Origin: Flaccisagitta enflata
Lineage: Eukaryota
Reading direction: 5' to 3'
NCBI GenBank assembly: GCA_965153355.1
Contig: OZ231126.1
Coordinates: 4,216,001 to 4,280,000 of the forward strand
Length of the DNA: 64,000 nt
In this document: in pieces, positions 46,020-61,718 of the stretch
Position numbering within the stretch: the stretch's first letter is position 1
How the letters are laid out: every line of letters begins with the position of its first letter
Program-made: the position numbers and the translations under genes
Notes under the pieces: generated by a model
Databases searched by the model: none
Told to the model about the DNA's origin: nothing
Seen by the model: the letters and a program-made list of their open reading frames with translations, nothing else

Positions 46020-46490
46020 TCAAATCCGGCAAAAAGGTGAAGCACAACTGTGGGTACATGAACCACTTCGATCTGCGACGCCACGAGCCTCCAGTCCGTC
46101 ATCAAACGCATCCGCATCCCGTCCTCGACGAACCGCCGCCGCCCACAGCAACAATAACGTCTTTAGCTTCGCACCATGCACTTCAGATCGCCGTAAATGT
46201 AAAGGTGGAGGACACTTAGGGGTACATGAACCAACTCGATTCACGGCCCTCCGAACCTCCAGCTGCCCGCCAACCGCATCCCAACTGCGCCTCCGACAAA
46301 CCGCCGCCGCCCACAGCAACAACAACGTCTAGCTCCGGCACCACGACACTCAGGATCGGCAAATGCGGGGAAAAGGCGGAGGACACTTAGGGGTACATGA
46401 ACTAACTCGATTAACGGCGCCTCGAACTTCCAGTCTCCCGCCAACCGCATCCTAATCGCGTCCTCGACGAACCGCCGCCGCCACATTCAA
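46020..46490. repeat. ~170-180-bp degenerate tandem repeat, ~2.5-3 copies
   Basis: GGAGGACACTTAGGGGTACATGAAC and AACCGCCGCCGCC recur. Confidence 0.7.
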
Positions 46491-48839
46491 ACGACTCTAC
46501 AGCGCGGAGTTCGAGTCCAATCGTCAACCAAATCGCTACAGACGTACATCAGGTCGACCACTACGTGCTCCAACCACGACTGCAACGATTACTCTCGTCC
46601 AACAGCTCGTGGAAGCCCTCAAACATCGCTGTCGACGAGCCTCCGCATCCACCGACTTTGACTGCGGCTCAACAACTCATTTCTTCGCCAATCGAGCTGG
46701 GAATCGAGGTAAAGCAGCAGCAAGGTCCCCTCTACCGACAGACCAAGCAGCAACAACACCCTCGACCCCCAAGCACCTCGTCGAGTCGCTCAATCCGCAT
46801 CCTCTTCGCCGAACTTAAGTCAACTTCGGTCGGCCACAAATCCTAAACTACTTGGCCCACATCGATGAAAGTTCACACAGAGCTACCGGTAAAAAAATTT
46901 TTACCGACTAAAAGACAAAAAGAAGTACTAGTCACTTTCTCCAACCTTCTGACATCGCGTGGAGACGACGACAGCGCCAACGAGGACGCCCTCGAGCCGT
47001 CAACAACAATACTTTCGTCCACTCTTTCCAATCGAAAATTCGCCTCCGGAGCTCCGTAGGCCCCCCCACGGGCCTTTCATTCTCGCATCGAATTCGTCGA
47101 GCTGAGACCTCCGGACGGTGGGACGTGGTAGAAGAGGTACAGAGGCAACTTTGTACCAAAAATCAGCACCCCGCTTCAAACGGTTCGGGCGCAGCACCTC
47201 GTCAAAAACGCATCCGCTTCGCCTTCGCCATTCTTCGCCTTTGGACCGCTGATGGCCCTCGACGAGATCGCGAATTTGACCCCAGAAACAATGAATGAAT
47301 CGTGAACGGACGGTTGGATATCGTAGAGGAGGTCCTCAGGCATCTCCACACCAAAATCTGTCAAGATATCTTCACGCATTCGGCCGCAGTCGCTCGTCGA
47401 AATCGCATCCGTTTCGCCTTCAAACTTCAACATCAATTTCGCTTATCTTCGTCCATTTCTAAGAAGAGGAGTCCTGTAGCTTGGCTGGCCTCGGGAGCTG
47501 CTTCAGGCGAAGCTGGAATCCAACTGCCTGTGGGATTTGGCGTTAAGGAGGATTCCGGTGCCAGCAAACGCACCCACTCCATTGGGTGAGCCGGTTACAG
47601 AGTGAAATAACAATATATTTAACACTCATTTACCTCCTTGACCAACTCGACAGACATTCAAACATATTTGTCTCTTACTCATGCTGTTTTCCGTCCCGTC
47701 TTACTTCCGCATGTGATCGAGTCGAGCCGCCAATACACGGGACCACGAGCATCTCCAGTGGATCCACGACGTCCCACGAGCCTCTCCAGCCTCTCCACGA
47801 GCCGCTTCAGCGTCCACAACTCGCCCACTTCGCGAAGGAAAAGAAGAAATCCACTCTTTTTCAACCTTCGAACAGCGCCCATTCGAACTTCGTTGTCGAC
47901 GAGCTGTTGCGGCTCAACCTGCGAACCGATCGTCACGAGATTTGAACCCCAACTACTACAGCACCTCTACTAGCGTCATTCCAAAGCTCATCGAATTGCA
48001 ACTACGGGAAGGTGGAAAATTCCCTCGGCTGAAAAATCCTCGTTTTTGACTTCGAAAACCGCCCATATTTTCAATTTGATCGAGAACTCGAAGGAGTCGT
48101 CCCACGATCGCCAAATTTGAACTGAAGACACTCCAAGGGTCCGTCTACCACCCCTGAAAATTTCGTGACTCTACGCCAACCGGAAGTGCCCTTTCGGATC
48201 GCTCGAAAATCGCTATTCGCGTCGTCAATTTCGGACGTCCACCACGCCTAAACAACCGACTATAGAGACACCAGATTCGTCTCGTGGACACCTTTACCGA
48301 ACCCTCGACGTCCTCATCAACTCTCTGCATCACCTCGTCCACGCTGCTGAAGCATCATCCTCGACGACGAGCTGCTGCTGCTTCCGGACGCTGCTGCTTC
48401 ATCAACAAGAAGGCCACGAACTCGAGACGCCAACAACAAACTCAAACAACACTTCCTCGACGTCATGAGACCCTTCTTACTTCACGCCATCGTCAACACC
48501 CTCGACGAGACTCTGCAGCCTCCTGTCAACGCAGCCGCATCTCACAACCACATGGTTCGGTACTTTTTAGGCTACAAGCCTATAGCTGTTGCTCTCTCGT
48601 TTTATTATTGATTGAATATAAGGCTAAGGCCTTGATTTGACTTTGTGTTTTATTCTGAGTGGGCTACTAGCCCCTGTGCATCATAAGTACCCCCAGGGGT
48701 ACCCATGGACTTGAGGCCCCTGCCTCTGACCCTGTCTATGGAAGTTAATCGAGGGTAAAAGACTTGTGTGTTTTATAACATTGTGTTTTAATAACATTGG
48801 ACTTTGGAGTCATACCAATGCTTTTATACCTCGCTACAA

Positions 48840-49280
48840 ATTGGTAAAAATTTCAGCCCCATCGGAGATCGTCTTCTTACTCGTTAAAAAACGTGGGGGC
48901 GTTTTGAAAAACGAAAATCCAACTCTTTCGCCAAACGCACAACTTCTGGCCGCTTATAAATCCTGAACCATCGTTAATTTCGACGAAATTTTGCAACGAG
49001 TCGTCTGGCATATCCAACGATCCAAACAGCCCATCGAGATCGTCTTCTTCACTTCGTTAAAACGGGCGCTTCTGAACCAAATCCAACTTTTCGCCGAACG
49101 ACGTCAATCTCTGGCCGTTTATGCAAATCCTGAACCATGGCCGATTTCGACGAAATTTTGCACAGAGCTGCCCCTGGGCAGGGACATCATACGGTAAAAA
49201 TTTCAGCCCCATCGGATATCGTCTTCTTCTTACTCGTTAAAAAACGTGGGGGCGTTTTGAAAACCGAAAATCCAACTTCT
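48840..49280. repeat. Degenerate direct repeats (AAAATTTCAGCCCCATCGGA..ATCGTCTTCTT), transposon-subterminal-like
   Basis: The motif recurs at ~48848, ~49028 and ~49198. Confidence 0.6.
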
Positions 49281-49810
49281 TTATTTCTGCATCTGCCCTG
49301 AAATCCGTTAGAGTGAGGTTCAACTGTATGTCATTCTGCCATTATTATTTTATTTTTTGTCCTCGACAAACAGTTTTTGTCTGAGACTATGAGGTAGACC
49401 TGATCGTGTAGTCTGTTTGTTTGTTAATGAAAACCTTCTCATAACTTTTGATCCAGACTTCAGAATTTTATGAAACTTTTTGCTGGTGTTGTTATAGGTC
49501 AATAGGAGCTTTCAAATTATCTCTTAAAAAAATTCATAAACTTTTACTACCTTCTTTATTTGGTTATTTTGTAGCAATATGTTATCAGGACTTAGGCGAT
49601 TTACATAGGTAGAGGGTAGTAAAACTATGTGAATTTTTTTGATTTGGTATACAAGTAAGCGATAGTAATTGAACAGCCCCTGCAAAATTCAAATTAAATC
49701 TGAAGCCTAGTTTATGAGATAATAGCTTATTTATGTAGTAATATGTTACTAGGACTTAGGCAGTTTACATAGGCAAAGTGTAGTATAATTGTTAGATCCT
49801 ACATGCGATA

Positions 49811-50323
49811 CAAACCAAAACTCAAAAGAGGATTTTGGTAGAATTAACCGTCATCACGTCATTGATTACAATCGTCTACACTTTTGTATTAGCTTTAGTC
49901 AATTCTCTCATCCCGCCTCTTTTAGACCTTCCTCGTTTTATCGTTTCTTCTTGGTTTGGAATCGTCAATTCAATCGCGTTTATGATAATCGAGCTGATAT
50001 TGTCTCTGTTCGTACTCATCAAACTCCACTTCCGTTCGCGTTACGCCGAAAATAGTCGATCTAAAGATAAATCGCGTTACGCCGAAAGTAATCGATCTAA
50101 AGCGAAAACTGAAGATGATTTTAAGAAGTTGGTGGCTTTAGTTGCTTTGGCGTTTAGTTGTTCCCATATAATCGTTTTATTAGATTTCATTTTCGCTTTG
50201 GATTGTCGCGATCGTCTGGAAGCGACTCAGTCGCGATGGCGTTACGGAAGTTATCTGATTGGCGTGATTACGTCGAGTGTCAATCTCGGCATTTATCTCA
50301 TCGCTTCCAACAATTTCAGATAG
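49811..50323 (+). pseudogene. Truncated copy of GPCR1 (TM4-TM7 only, C-tail lost)
   Basis: Near-identical protein to the 23818-24381 segment; lacks the 5' half and stops at NNFR*. Confidence 0.75.
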
Positions 50324-52077
50324 TGATAATGATTTGATTGGAAACTATTTTGTTCAGATTAGAAATTGCCAAACAGTAAATAGGAGGGGCGGTTATGCTC
50401 AGAAATTCATGTTTCAGACGGCAGATTTTTAAACATTCTGAGCAGCATCAATTTCTCACCATAAGACTTGAATTATGCTTTACTGCCTTTTAAACTGAAT
50501 GAAAATGTTTCAACTGAAAAGATAACTTTGATTTAAGAGAAACTAAAAATTGAAGTTATCTTGCTTTGAGCTGTGCTAATTGGCCTTTATCATTTCTATT
50601 TAAACAATATTAAGCGATTTCTCTAATTCAACCGAGTAAGCCAGTATCATTTGGTGCAGGTTTGTTTTATCTAAGATTTCGGCACTTTATCAAAATGTTC
50701 ATGAATTATTGTAGATGAGATACATCATGCTCAATATGCTACGTGAGTGAGGCCGGCCACGCAGCGATAAAACATGCACATGAATTACGACACCCTTTAG
50801 CATTGTATGTACAGTTGAACCCCGCAATAACGGATGTCAACGGACTCACAAATCTTTTTAGTTATAGGTGGATTTCTGCTATTGCCAGAAAAAGATTATC
50901 ATGAAGGGACCAAGATTTGTTATGGGATGACTTTAGTTACTCCTGGATTCGTTATAGCGGGTTTATGTATGAGAGTTGGGAAGAGAGATCAGTTTCAGAT
51001 CAATGCATTTTCAACCAGCTAAGGCAAGATAGATATATAGTAACACATCCGCTAATACAGTCACTCAGCAAGCGACTTAACCTTATGATGAAAAGAATTT
51101 CATTGAGTAGAAACTTGCCTTGATTGAGTACTGGATGGAATGTCAAACTTGGTTCTTTGATTCTTATTTATTCTTCTCATCCGAACTCTAAATCTCAAGG
51201 GGCTTATTTATACTCCGTACAATTGCGTTTTTGAAACGGGTCACTTGATTAATCACTCGCTGAGTTCGTTCGCTCACACTGCTCATTCCATTCACTGGCT
51301 ACGTAGCTCTTTGCTTTGCTGGTTTGCCTACTCCAAAGTTAGTAGGTTAAAACAAGAAGATACAGTTGAACCCCGCTCTAACGGACCCGCCAGCAATGGA
51401 ATTCCATGTAAAACTGACGCGAACTCATAGTCCGTTCAATTGGTTTTTTTTTAAGTTGTTGTTAACAAAATTCTGCCTAAAACAAATAGAATTTATGGGT
51501 CCCTTGAAATCTGTCAGAGCGGGGTTCAACTGTATGTGTTCGCGCTGAAAACGCGATTAGTGGGAATAGACGTGATTGTTGTCAATAAAAGAAACACTCC
51601 CTGAGTACTGGATGGAATGCCAAACTCAATTATTTGGTTCTTATTTGTTCTTCTCATCCTAAGTCTGAGCCCTTCGGAGAGAATAATGCGGAGGCACAAA
51701 GAGAGACAAAGAAAATAAAAGGAGATGAGACAAAGAAAGAAACATAGGAAATAAAAGGAGATGAGACGAAGAGAGAGACAAAGGAAATAAAAGGAAATAA
51801 AAAGAAATGAGACGAAGAGAGAGACAAAGAAAATAAAAGGAAATGAGACAAAGAGAGAGACAAAGAAAATAAAAGGAAAAGAGACAAAGAGAGAGACAAA
51901 GAAAATAAAAGGAAATAAAAAGAAATGAGACAAAGAGAGAGACAAAGGAAATAATAGGAAAAGAGATAAAGAGAGAGACAAAAAGAAGCTGAGGCAAAGT
52001 CAATTCACCTGCGAAGCTCAAAAAAGGTATTTCAAGTTGATGTGAGCCTCGTCGCCTTCTTTCCAGTCTGATGGAAT

Positions 52078-52391
<314 letters not shown>

Positions 52392-52837
52392 GAGAGACAG
52401 ACAGAGAGAGAGACACAGACAGAGAGAGAGAAAGAAAAAGAAGAGAAAAAGCGAAGAGCGACGGACTGTAGAAGGAAGACTGAAAGAAAGACAAATGGAC
52501 AGACAAACAGATACACACACAAAAGAAGTGAGAGGGGAGGATGTCAGGCGAATTGGTGAGCATAAGTCGACAGAGTAAAGATATCTCTCTCTTTCTCTCT
52601 CTCTCTCTCTCTAGGCTGATGAAAGCATAGCAAACATCATCGTTGATCATTTTTAATAGATGTGGCTTATCAGTTTTCGAGTATTTTTTTTTCTCCTTCC
52701 CTTCCATGAAATATTGATATGTATTACTTTGCTTACAAATCATGCCACCTCCTAAATAAAATGCTCTTCAAACGAAAGGTTTTAGAAAAAGATACTCTCT
52801 AGATGAAGAACAATCAGCAAATAGTCGCAAAAGCGTT

Positions 52838-53640
52838 ACATGGTCAGCGGTACCCGATGCCCCTATGTTAGTTTATTTTGCTATGAGATGATGAGTGGGG
52901 CAGCGGCCCCGGAGGGGCCGATGACCTATGATTCCACGCTGGACAATTTCAGGGTCTTTAATACCTGATTTTGGGTCTAAATAGCCTGATTTGAGGTCTT
53001 AGTTGCCTGATTTAAGGTCTGATATGCCTGATTTGAGGTCTGAGGGGTTTGAGAAGCTTGTATTGGGTCTAATTCAGGGTTGGAGACCTGTTTGTGGGCT
53101 GGGAAGGGCTGATATGGGTCTGATAGGCCTAGTTTGAGGTTTAGAAGATCTAATTTTTGGTTTGAAAGGCCAGATTTGGATCTGAGAACTGAATTAGGTA
53201 CTGAAATGCCTGAATTAGGGTCTGAGAGGCCTGATTTGAGGTCTGGATGGCCTGATCAGAGGCCCAAAAGGCCTGATAAGGGGTCTGTCAAGGCCTGATT
53301 TTAGATCTGAAAGGCCTGATTGGGGTTCTTAGAGGCCTGGTTAGGATTCTGGAGGCCTAATTTGAGGTCTGGAAAGCCTGATTTGGGGTCTGACAGGCCT
53401 GATTGAGGCTCTGAGAGGCCTAAATTGAGGTCTGGAAGGCCTGATTTTGGATCTGATAGGCCTGATTGAGGTCCTGAGAGGCCTAAATTGGGGTCTGGAA
53501 GGCCTGATTTGGGATCTGATAGGCCTGATAGGGGTCTGAAAGGCCTATTTTGAGGCCCAGGTTGCTATTTTCTAGGCTCAGGGGGGGGGGACAGACGGAC
53601 GGAAACCGGAAAATTTGCCCTATGTGGAATCATAGGTCAA
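52838..53640 (+). mobile_element. HINE-like element with expanded ~20-bp central repeats, right arm only
   Basis: CATGGTCAGCGGTACCCGATGCCC start, GGGCAGCGGCCCC, GGCCTGATTTGAGGTCT repeats, (GGAC)n; absent from the left arm. Confidence 0.65.
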
Positions 53641-54929
53641 CACCTATAAGTGCGAGACTTACAGATTGACTTAGAATGACTTAGAATGACTTAGAATGAC
53701 CTTGTATACTCTTTAAAGAAATAAAATTGATGAAAAGTAAAAAGTGACTGACCGACCGACCTGACTGACCGACTGACTGACCCGACTGACTGACTGACCG
53801 ACTGACCGACCGACCGACCGACTGACCAGACCGACTGACTGACCGACCGACTGACGATGACCGACCGACCGACCGACCGACTGACCGACCGACCGACCGA
53901 CCGACCGACCGACCGACCGACCGACCGACCGACCGACCGACCGACCGACCGACCGACCGACCGACCGACCGACCGACCGACCGACCGACCGACCGACCAA
54001 GCGGGGTGCAGATTCGCGTACGAAAAAAAAGAAAAAAGTGAAAATTGATCAAAAGATCTGTTGAGGGAGACAGAATGGCTGAGAACATAAAATCATCATC
54101 AAACTTATTTGTATATCACGAATCCTTTTTGTCTGGAGCACAGGTGAAAGGTCTTACTGGAAAGATGATGAAGATGATGACGATGATGACGACGACGACG
54201 ACGATGACGACCACGAAGACGACGACGACGACGACGATGACGACAACAATGATGATGGTGAAAGGTCTTCCTGGTAGGAACCTCAGAAAAAAAAAAAAGA
54301 CTAGTCATAGGACCAAATGGATACCGGAGTGAAGATTTTAATAAGGATGATGATGAGGAGGAGGAGGAGGATGATTATGATGATAATGAATTGAAGATGA
54401 TGATGAGGATGAAGATGATGATGATGATGATGATGATGAGGATGATGATGATGACAATGACGATGACGATGACGATGATGATGATGATGATGGTGATCAT
54501 GATAACGGTACTAATAATAACATGACATTCTTCTCATCATGATCCTAATCATTCCATAATTGTTAGTGTATAAAGCCTCTAATTGAATATAAGCTTCAAG
54601 ATGTCATGCTAATTTTCTCGTCCCAAAATTGTCCGCTTCAAATTGAATCGAGATTACAAAACTGTCATCAATTTTAAAAGAGGGTCGCATAAAGATTAAA
54701 AAAAACTTTTTGAGATGAGGAAAGGCGCAACCCACTCGATAACGATGATGACGACGATGACGATGATGACCACGATAATGACGATGACGACGATGACGAC
54801 GATGACAACAATGACGACGATGACGACAACACGCTCAATATACACCCCAGTGATTCCCTGGGCTACAACAACAGCAACAACAACACCAGCAATGATGATG
54901 ATGAGGATGAGGATGACGACGACGACGAC

Positions 54930-55004
<75 letters not shown>

Positions 55005-55038
55005 AATGATAATGATGAAATGATGATAATGACGATGA

Positions 55039-55072
<34 letters not shown>

Positions 55073-55153
55073 AGTGATGACGATGATGATGATGACGATG
55101 ATGATGATGATGATGATGATGATGATCAGATGATGATGATGATGATGATGATA

Positions 55154-55333
<180 letters not shown>

Positions 55334-55403
55334 GTGATGATAGTATTGATGCTACTTCTGCTGCTGATGATGATTTAGATAATGATGATGATATTGATGA
55401 TAT

Positions 55404-55471
<68 letters not shown>

Positions 55472-55541
55472 GTGATGATAGTATTGATGCTACTTCTGCT
55501 GCTGATGATGATTTAGATAATGATGATGATATTGATGATAT

Positions 55542-55623
<82 letters not shown>

Positions 55624-55625
55624 CA

Positions 55626-55701
<76 letters not shown>

Positions 55702-55771
55702 GTGATGATAGTATTGATGCTACTTCTGCTGCTGATGATGATTTAGATAATGATGATGATATTGATGATAT

Positions 55772-55811
<40 letters not shown>

Positions 55812-55825
55812 ATGATAATAATGTC

Positions 55826-55879
<54 letters not shown>

Positions 55880-55908
55880 AATGATAATGATGAAATGATG
55901 ATAATGAA

Positions 55909-55942
<34 letters not shown>

Positions 55943-55989
55943 GTGACGATGATGATGATGATGATGATGATGATGACGATGACGATGAC

Positions 55990-56028
<39 letters not shown>

Positions 56029-56056
56029 AATGATGAAGATGATGATTAGATGATTG

Positions 56057-56123
<67 letters not shown>

Positions 56124-56706
56124 AATGGTTATGACGACGGTAATGATGAAGACGACGATGATGAAAAAGTTAACGACAAAGACGACGACGACGACGCCAC
56201 TTACGACGACGACGACGACAACGACGACGCCGATGATGCGACAGGTCCAGGTGGAATGTTCAGTTTGGAGTCTGAAAAGTCATCGTAATTCAATTCTTCC
56301 AGTCGTGAGAGAAAATTTCTTCTCTTCACCGAGAATTAAGTCATCATATTTACCCAGTCTCGGATGTCCAACACTCTTTTTCTATCTTCTGTCTTTCAAT
56401 TTTTCTGTTTATCTTTTCTTTTTTCTGTTTCTCCGACTCTCTTTGAATCTTCTATCGGTGTACTGTATTTGTCTGTCTGTCTCTTTTTTTTCACCACCAC
56501 TCATTGGAAATGTCTATTTCTCTTTCTATATCCTTTATTTCTCTATCTTATTTTTTCTATCTTCTTTTTCTATTTCCCTTTTGTTATCTTCTTTCCACTG
56601 TACTATCAAACACCATCTCTTGTTATGTCTTTTTACTGCCTTTATTCTTGTATCTCTATTGGACTCAATCTTTCTCTGTATCTCTGTCTATCTGTCTGAA
56701 ACACTC

Positions 56707-56799
<93 letters not shown>

Positions 56800-57841
56800 G
56801 TCTCTCTCTCTCTCTCTCTGTCCTTTTCGGCAGCCTTACTGGGAGGTTCTGTTGAATTTGCTTGTACAGCTTTGACACTTGTTAACTTTTAAAACTCACG
56901 CGTGCGTAGTTGGCAGGAAAATGGTTAGTGGCAGAGAAATGACAGAGAAATGGCAAAGAAATGGCAGAGAAATGGCAGAGAAATAGTTAGTGGCAGAAAA
57001 ATGGTCAGTGGTAGAGAAATGGCAGAGAAATGGCAAAGAAATGGCAGATAAATGGCTAGTGGCAGGAAAATAGTTAGTAGGTTTCGTTACCACAATTTTT
57101 AGTATTGTAAACTCTGTTAAGGCGGATTTCGCAAGAGCGACTGTCGTTACCCCAGTTTCCGCTCAACAATGGTGGAAGCTTTATGTTTCAGAACATTGAT
57201 TTGTGGGTCATGTGATTGATAAAAGAAACCTAAGAGAAAATATTTGTATGTTGGCATGTTTGTATGTATTTTTCAAGGCGATAAGGCTAGTTGGTAAATT
57301 GGCATGGCTTATAGCTTAAGAGATACTCAAGAATTCCCCCTTTCATTTCATATTAAGGCCAATCCATGAGGAAGCATGGGCCATTAATAGATCAATTCCA
57401 TCAATGTTATCACATTTCTGTTTCCATTTAGTTCTCTCCCACACAAAAGCCCGATTCTTGAATTGATGGCAATTTAGACAGTTTGGCTTTGAATGGGTGA
57501 CATTAATTTAGAAAATACTCTTCCTTTTCTGCCTTCCCCCAGTTCCAGAAACTTCCTCGCCTTTGAAAACGTCTATTATTGGAAATCGTGATGATATAAA
57601 CAACCGGAGAAAAGGTGTTGCCATAAGTTGTGGCCCACAGATACAACTCCTACGCGTGTATCAGTCGTTAGACAAGCGGCTATCGATTTGTTTAACATCC
57701 AGTCCGAGTCATTCAAAATATCAATGAAAATCTCTGAGATTTTTTTTGTTCTTTTTTTTTTTTTTTTCTTTGCTTGCTTAGCGACCCCGTAAGGCTAAGA
57801 AAATTTATCCATTTGTTGCTCCGGCAATAAAGCTCCAAGTA

Positions 57842-58427
57842 ACAGGGTGTGCAAAAAAATTCGCACTCGGTGTAATGCTTAAAAACCATACTTCTCATTG
57901 GAGTTTTGAGTTAAAATTTGAACTAGAGGATCCTAGTTGGTTATACTAAAAGTAGAAATCAAGAACAACTAATACAATTTCCTTACAAGGCCAAGATATG
58001 CATCTAAAAAGAAACCAAAAGTAAGATTTTCTTACTTTTGGTTACTTTTTTTTTTTTGGTTACTAAAAAAAGAAAGCTATAACTACCCCAGTGGCCCCTA
58101 GACATATCATTTTTGGAAGAAAAGCATCGAGGGGAGATGGTTAGGTCAAGCAGGAGGGATTTCAGTAAAAAAAAATGACACATCAATTGAATTTAGGCAA
58201 GATATAGATATTCATTCACAAGAAAAATATCTTTGTAACATTCTAGTTATGTCCTTATAAGTCTAAAAATGTACTCTGCTATTTACCATACCTATAATAA
58301 TTCTCTATCTAAACTATAAAAATAACTTAATCTTTAATTTTAAATATTAGCTTGAAAGAATTTCTCAAATTTTAGGTGTTTTTTTAGAACAAATCATGAC
58401 GAGTGCGGTTTTTTTTGCACACCCTGT
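57842..58427. mobile_element. Tc1/mariner-type MITE (counterpart of 11376-11955)
   Basis: Same TIRs and TA flanks. Confidence 0.85.
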
Positions 58428-58589
58428 TACGTGCCTTTAAACGCAAAATTTTCTAAAGCCAACTATGAAATGCTTTTTTTTGGACAAATTTCAATTTCAC
58501 CCGTTAAGTGACTGACTGTTTGATGTTTCTGCCCTTGATAATCCTCAGTCCTACTTTCAGCGTCAATGCGACACAAATTGCTTTTTCTA

Positions 58590-59197
58590 ACCTTGGGGAA
58601 AGAAAAAATGGCGGATTTAAAAAAAACTTTAAAACCTTCCCTTTGAACCATAACGTAAGAAAAATGGATTAAAATTGGTGATGCCAGTAAAGCCCTTCGA
58701 AAGATCTTTCATTTGAGTCGTGTCTGGCATTCCTGGCTTTATTTGTTTAGAAATGGCATAAGTTTGAAGAAAAATATCACCGATTGGAAAAAAAGGCAAA
58801 TATCGTCTTTTTTTCTATTAGTAATTTTTGTTTCAATGTCTTTCTTAATAATGCAATTCAGAATTGTCACAGCTACTTGATATCCATGACCAAATTAAAG
58901 AGCTTCGAATTTTCTTCAAAATGGCGCCAAGAACGATTTTTTTACTCAATGCGTTTAGTTTCTATGTTACAACAAACAAAAAACATGCAGATCCTGTAGT
59001 GAATTCTCAAATTTCTGACAACCTGTCTTCATCCCAATGCCACTTCTAAACGGCTAAAGTTAGGACAACCAGCAACGTCTCATTTGAAAGATCTTTCGCA
59101 GAGCTTCAAAATGGTCACCGATTTTTTACTGTTTTTCTCAATTTAAGGTAGATAGAATTAGTTTTCCAAAATCCGCCATTTTTTATTTCCCCAAGGT
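58590..59197. mobile_element. TA-TSD MITE, right arm only
   Basis: TIR ACCTTGGGGAAA.AAAAAATGGCGGATTT; empty site TC-TA-GA at 11214-11215. Confidence 0.85.
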
Positions 59198-59397
59198 TAG
59201 ATCGCGCTAAGTTTCAATCTTATCAATTGCGACGAGATTGCGACGCCATGATATTACCCCAATCATCTTTTAGGTCCTGTGATCATGTGATGTAACAAAG
59301 CACTCGTTATTATCCCATCTTGGAAACACGAAATTTGAAATCTAAATGGATTTTCTATTAACCATGATGATGTTTGATTGTATATGTGCTTCACAAT

Positions 59398-60126
<729 letters not shown>

Positions 60127-60384
60127 TTCACAATATCATGACAATGATACGGTTCATACACTAAAACATGTACACAGATCTGAAAAAAAAAGCCAGAAAA
60201 GGCGCAATCTATAGAAGCACGAATTCATGCCGCACCTCATTTTTACATTAATCATGTCTTTTTCAAAATTAAAGTGCGAATTCTTGTTAAATTTTCTGTC
60301 TATTTTGCATCCTAATCTGAGCGAAGGAAAAAAAGTTGTTGGCTGATTGCCACCACAAATGGGCACCCGCAGATACGCGACTAA

Positions 60385-60639
60385 GGGGGCGTTTCTAGTC
60401 ACAGACAATCGCGTTTTAAAAGGGCCACTCGGTCGCTCGCTACGTTCGTTCGCTCGCACCGCTCACTACGCTCACTCGCTCCGCAGCGCTCCGCTTCGCT
60501 CGCTCGCTCCGTTCACGGGCTCGCTCACTCACTTCGCTCACTCCCTCGTGGGACGGTTGAAATTCTTGGGTATGTGTTCACACTGTTATCGCGTTTCATG
60601 GGAACAAACGCGTCTTTGGCGCTCACTAGAAACACGCCC
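60385..60639. mobile_element. PIF/Harbinger-type MITE (counterpart of 10516)
   Basis: TAA TSD and the same TIRs. Confidence 0.85.
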
Positions 60640-60931
60640 TAACGGGCACAAAAATCGAGTCCCGATTTCCCAACCACAATCTTGGAATAGAAAAGGAAAA
60701 GAAATCGAGTCTGAAAAGACTCATACAGGAATGCTGGTAGTTCCAAAGATGACTATACTCAGCAAGTGTTACTTATATTGACTTCTCCCTCTTTTTTTTC
60801 TTTTTGTTTTCTATTTCTTCTTTTTCTTTTTTTTCTTTTTCTGGTTTGTGTTTTAATTTGGTTTTCCCTCATCATCGGCATCTGAAGTTGTTTTGCATTT
60901 TGGTTTGCCTTTATTTTGGTAAGAAAGAGTT

Positions 60932-61101
<170 letters not shown>

Positions 61102-61237
61102 GGGAAAATTGAATAGCATTCAGAAGAAATCAAATAAACAAAAATTTGTGAATGATGTTGAGGTTTACCGATGCTGTTGAAGGTACAAAGAATTTGCGTG
61201 AAAGAAATGAAGAGGCTGAAGATAAAGACGAAATATC

Positions 61238-61376
<139 letters not shown>

Positions 61377-61386
61377 AAAAGAAGAA

Positions 61387-61462
<76 letters not shown>

Positions 61463-61477
61463 AAAAGAAGAAAGAAA

Positions 61478-61547
<70 letters not shown>

Positions 61548-61589
61548 AAAAGAAGAAAGAAAGAAAGAAAGAAAGAAAAAAAGAAAAAA

Positions 61590-61621
<32 letters not shown>

Positions 61622-61623
61622 AA

Positions 61624-61718
<95 letters not shown>

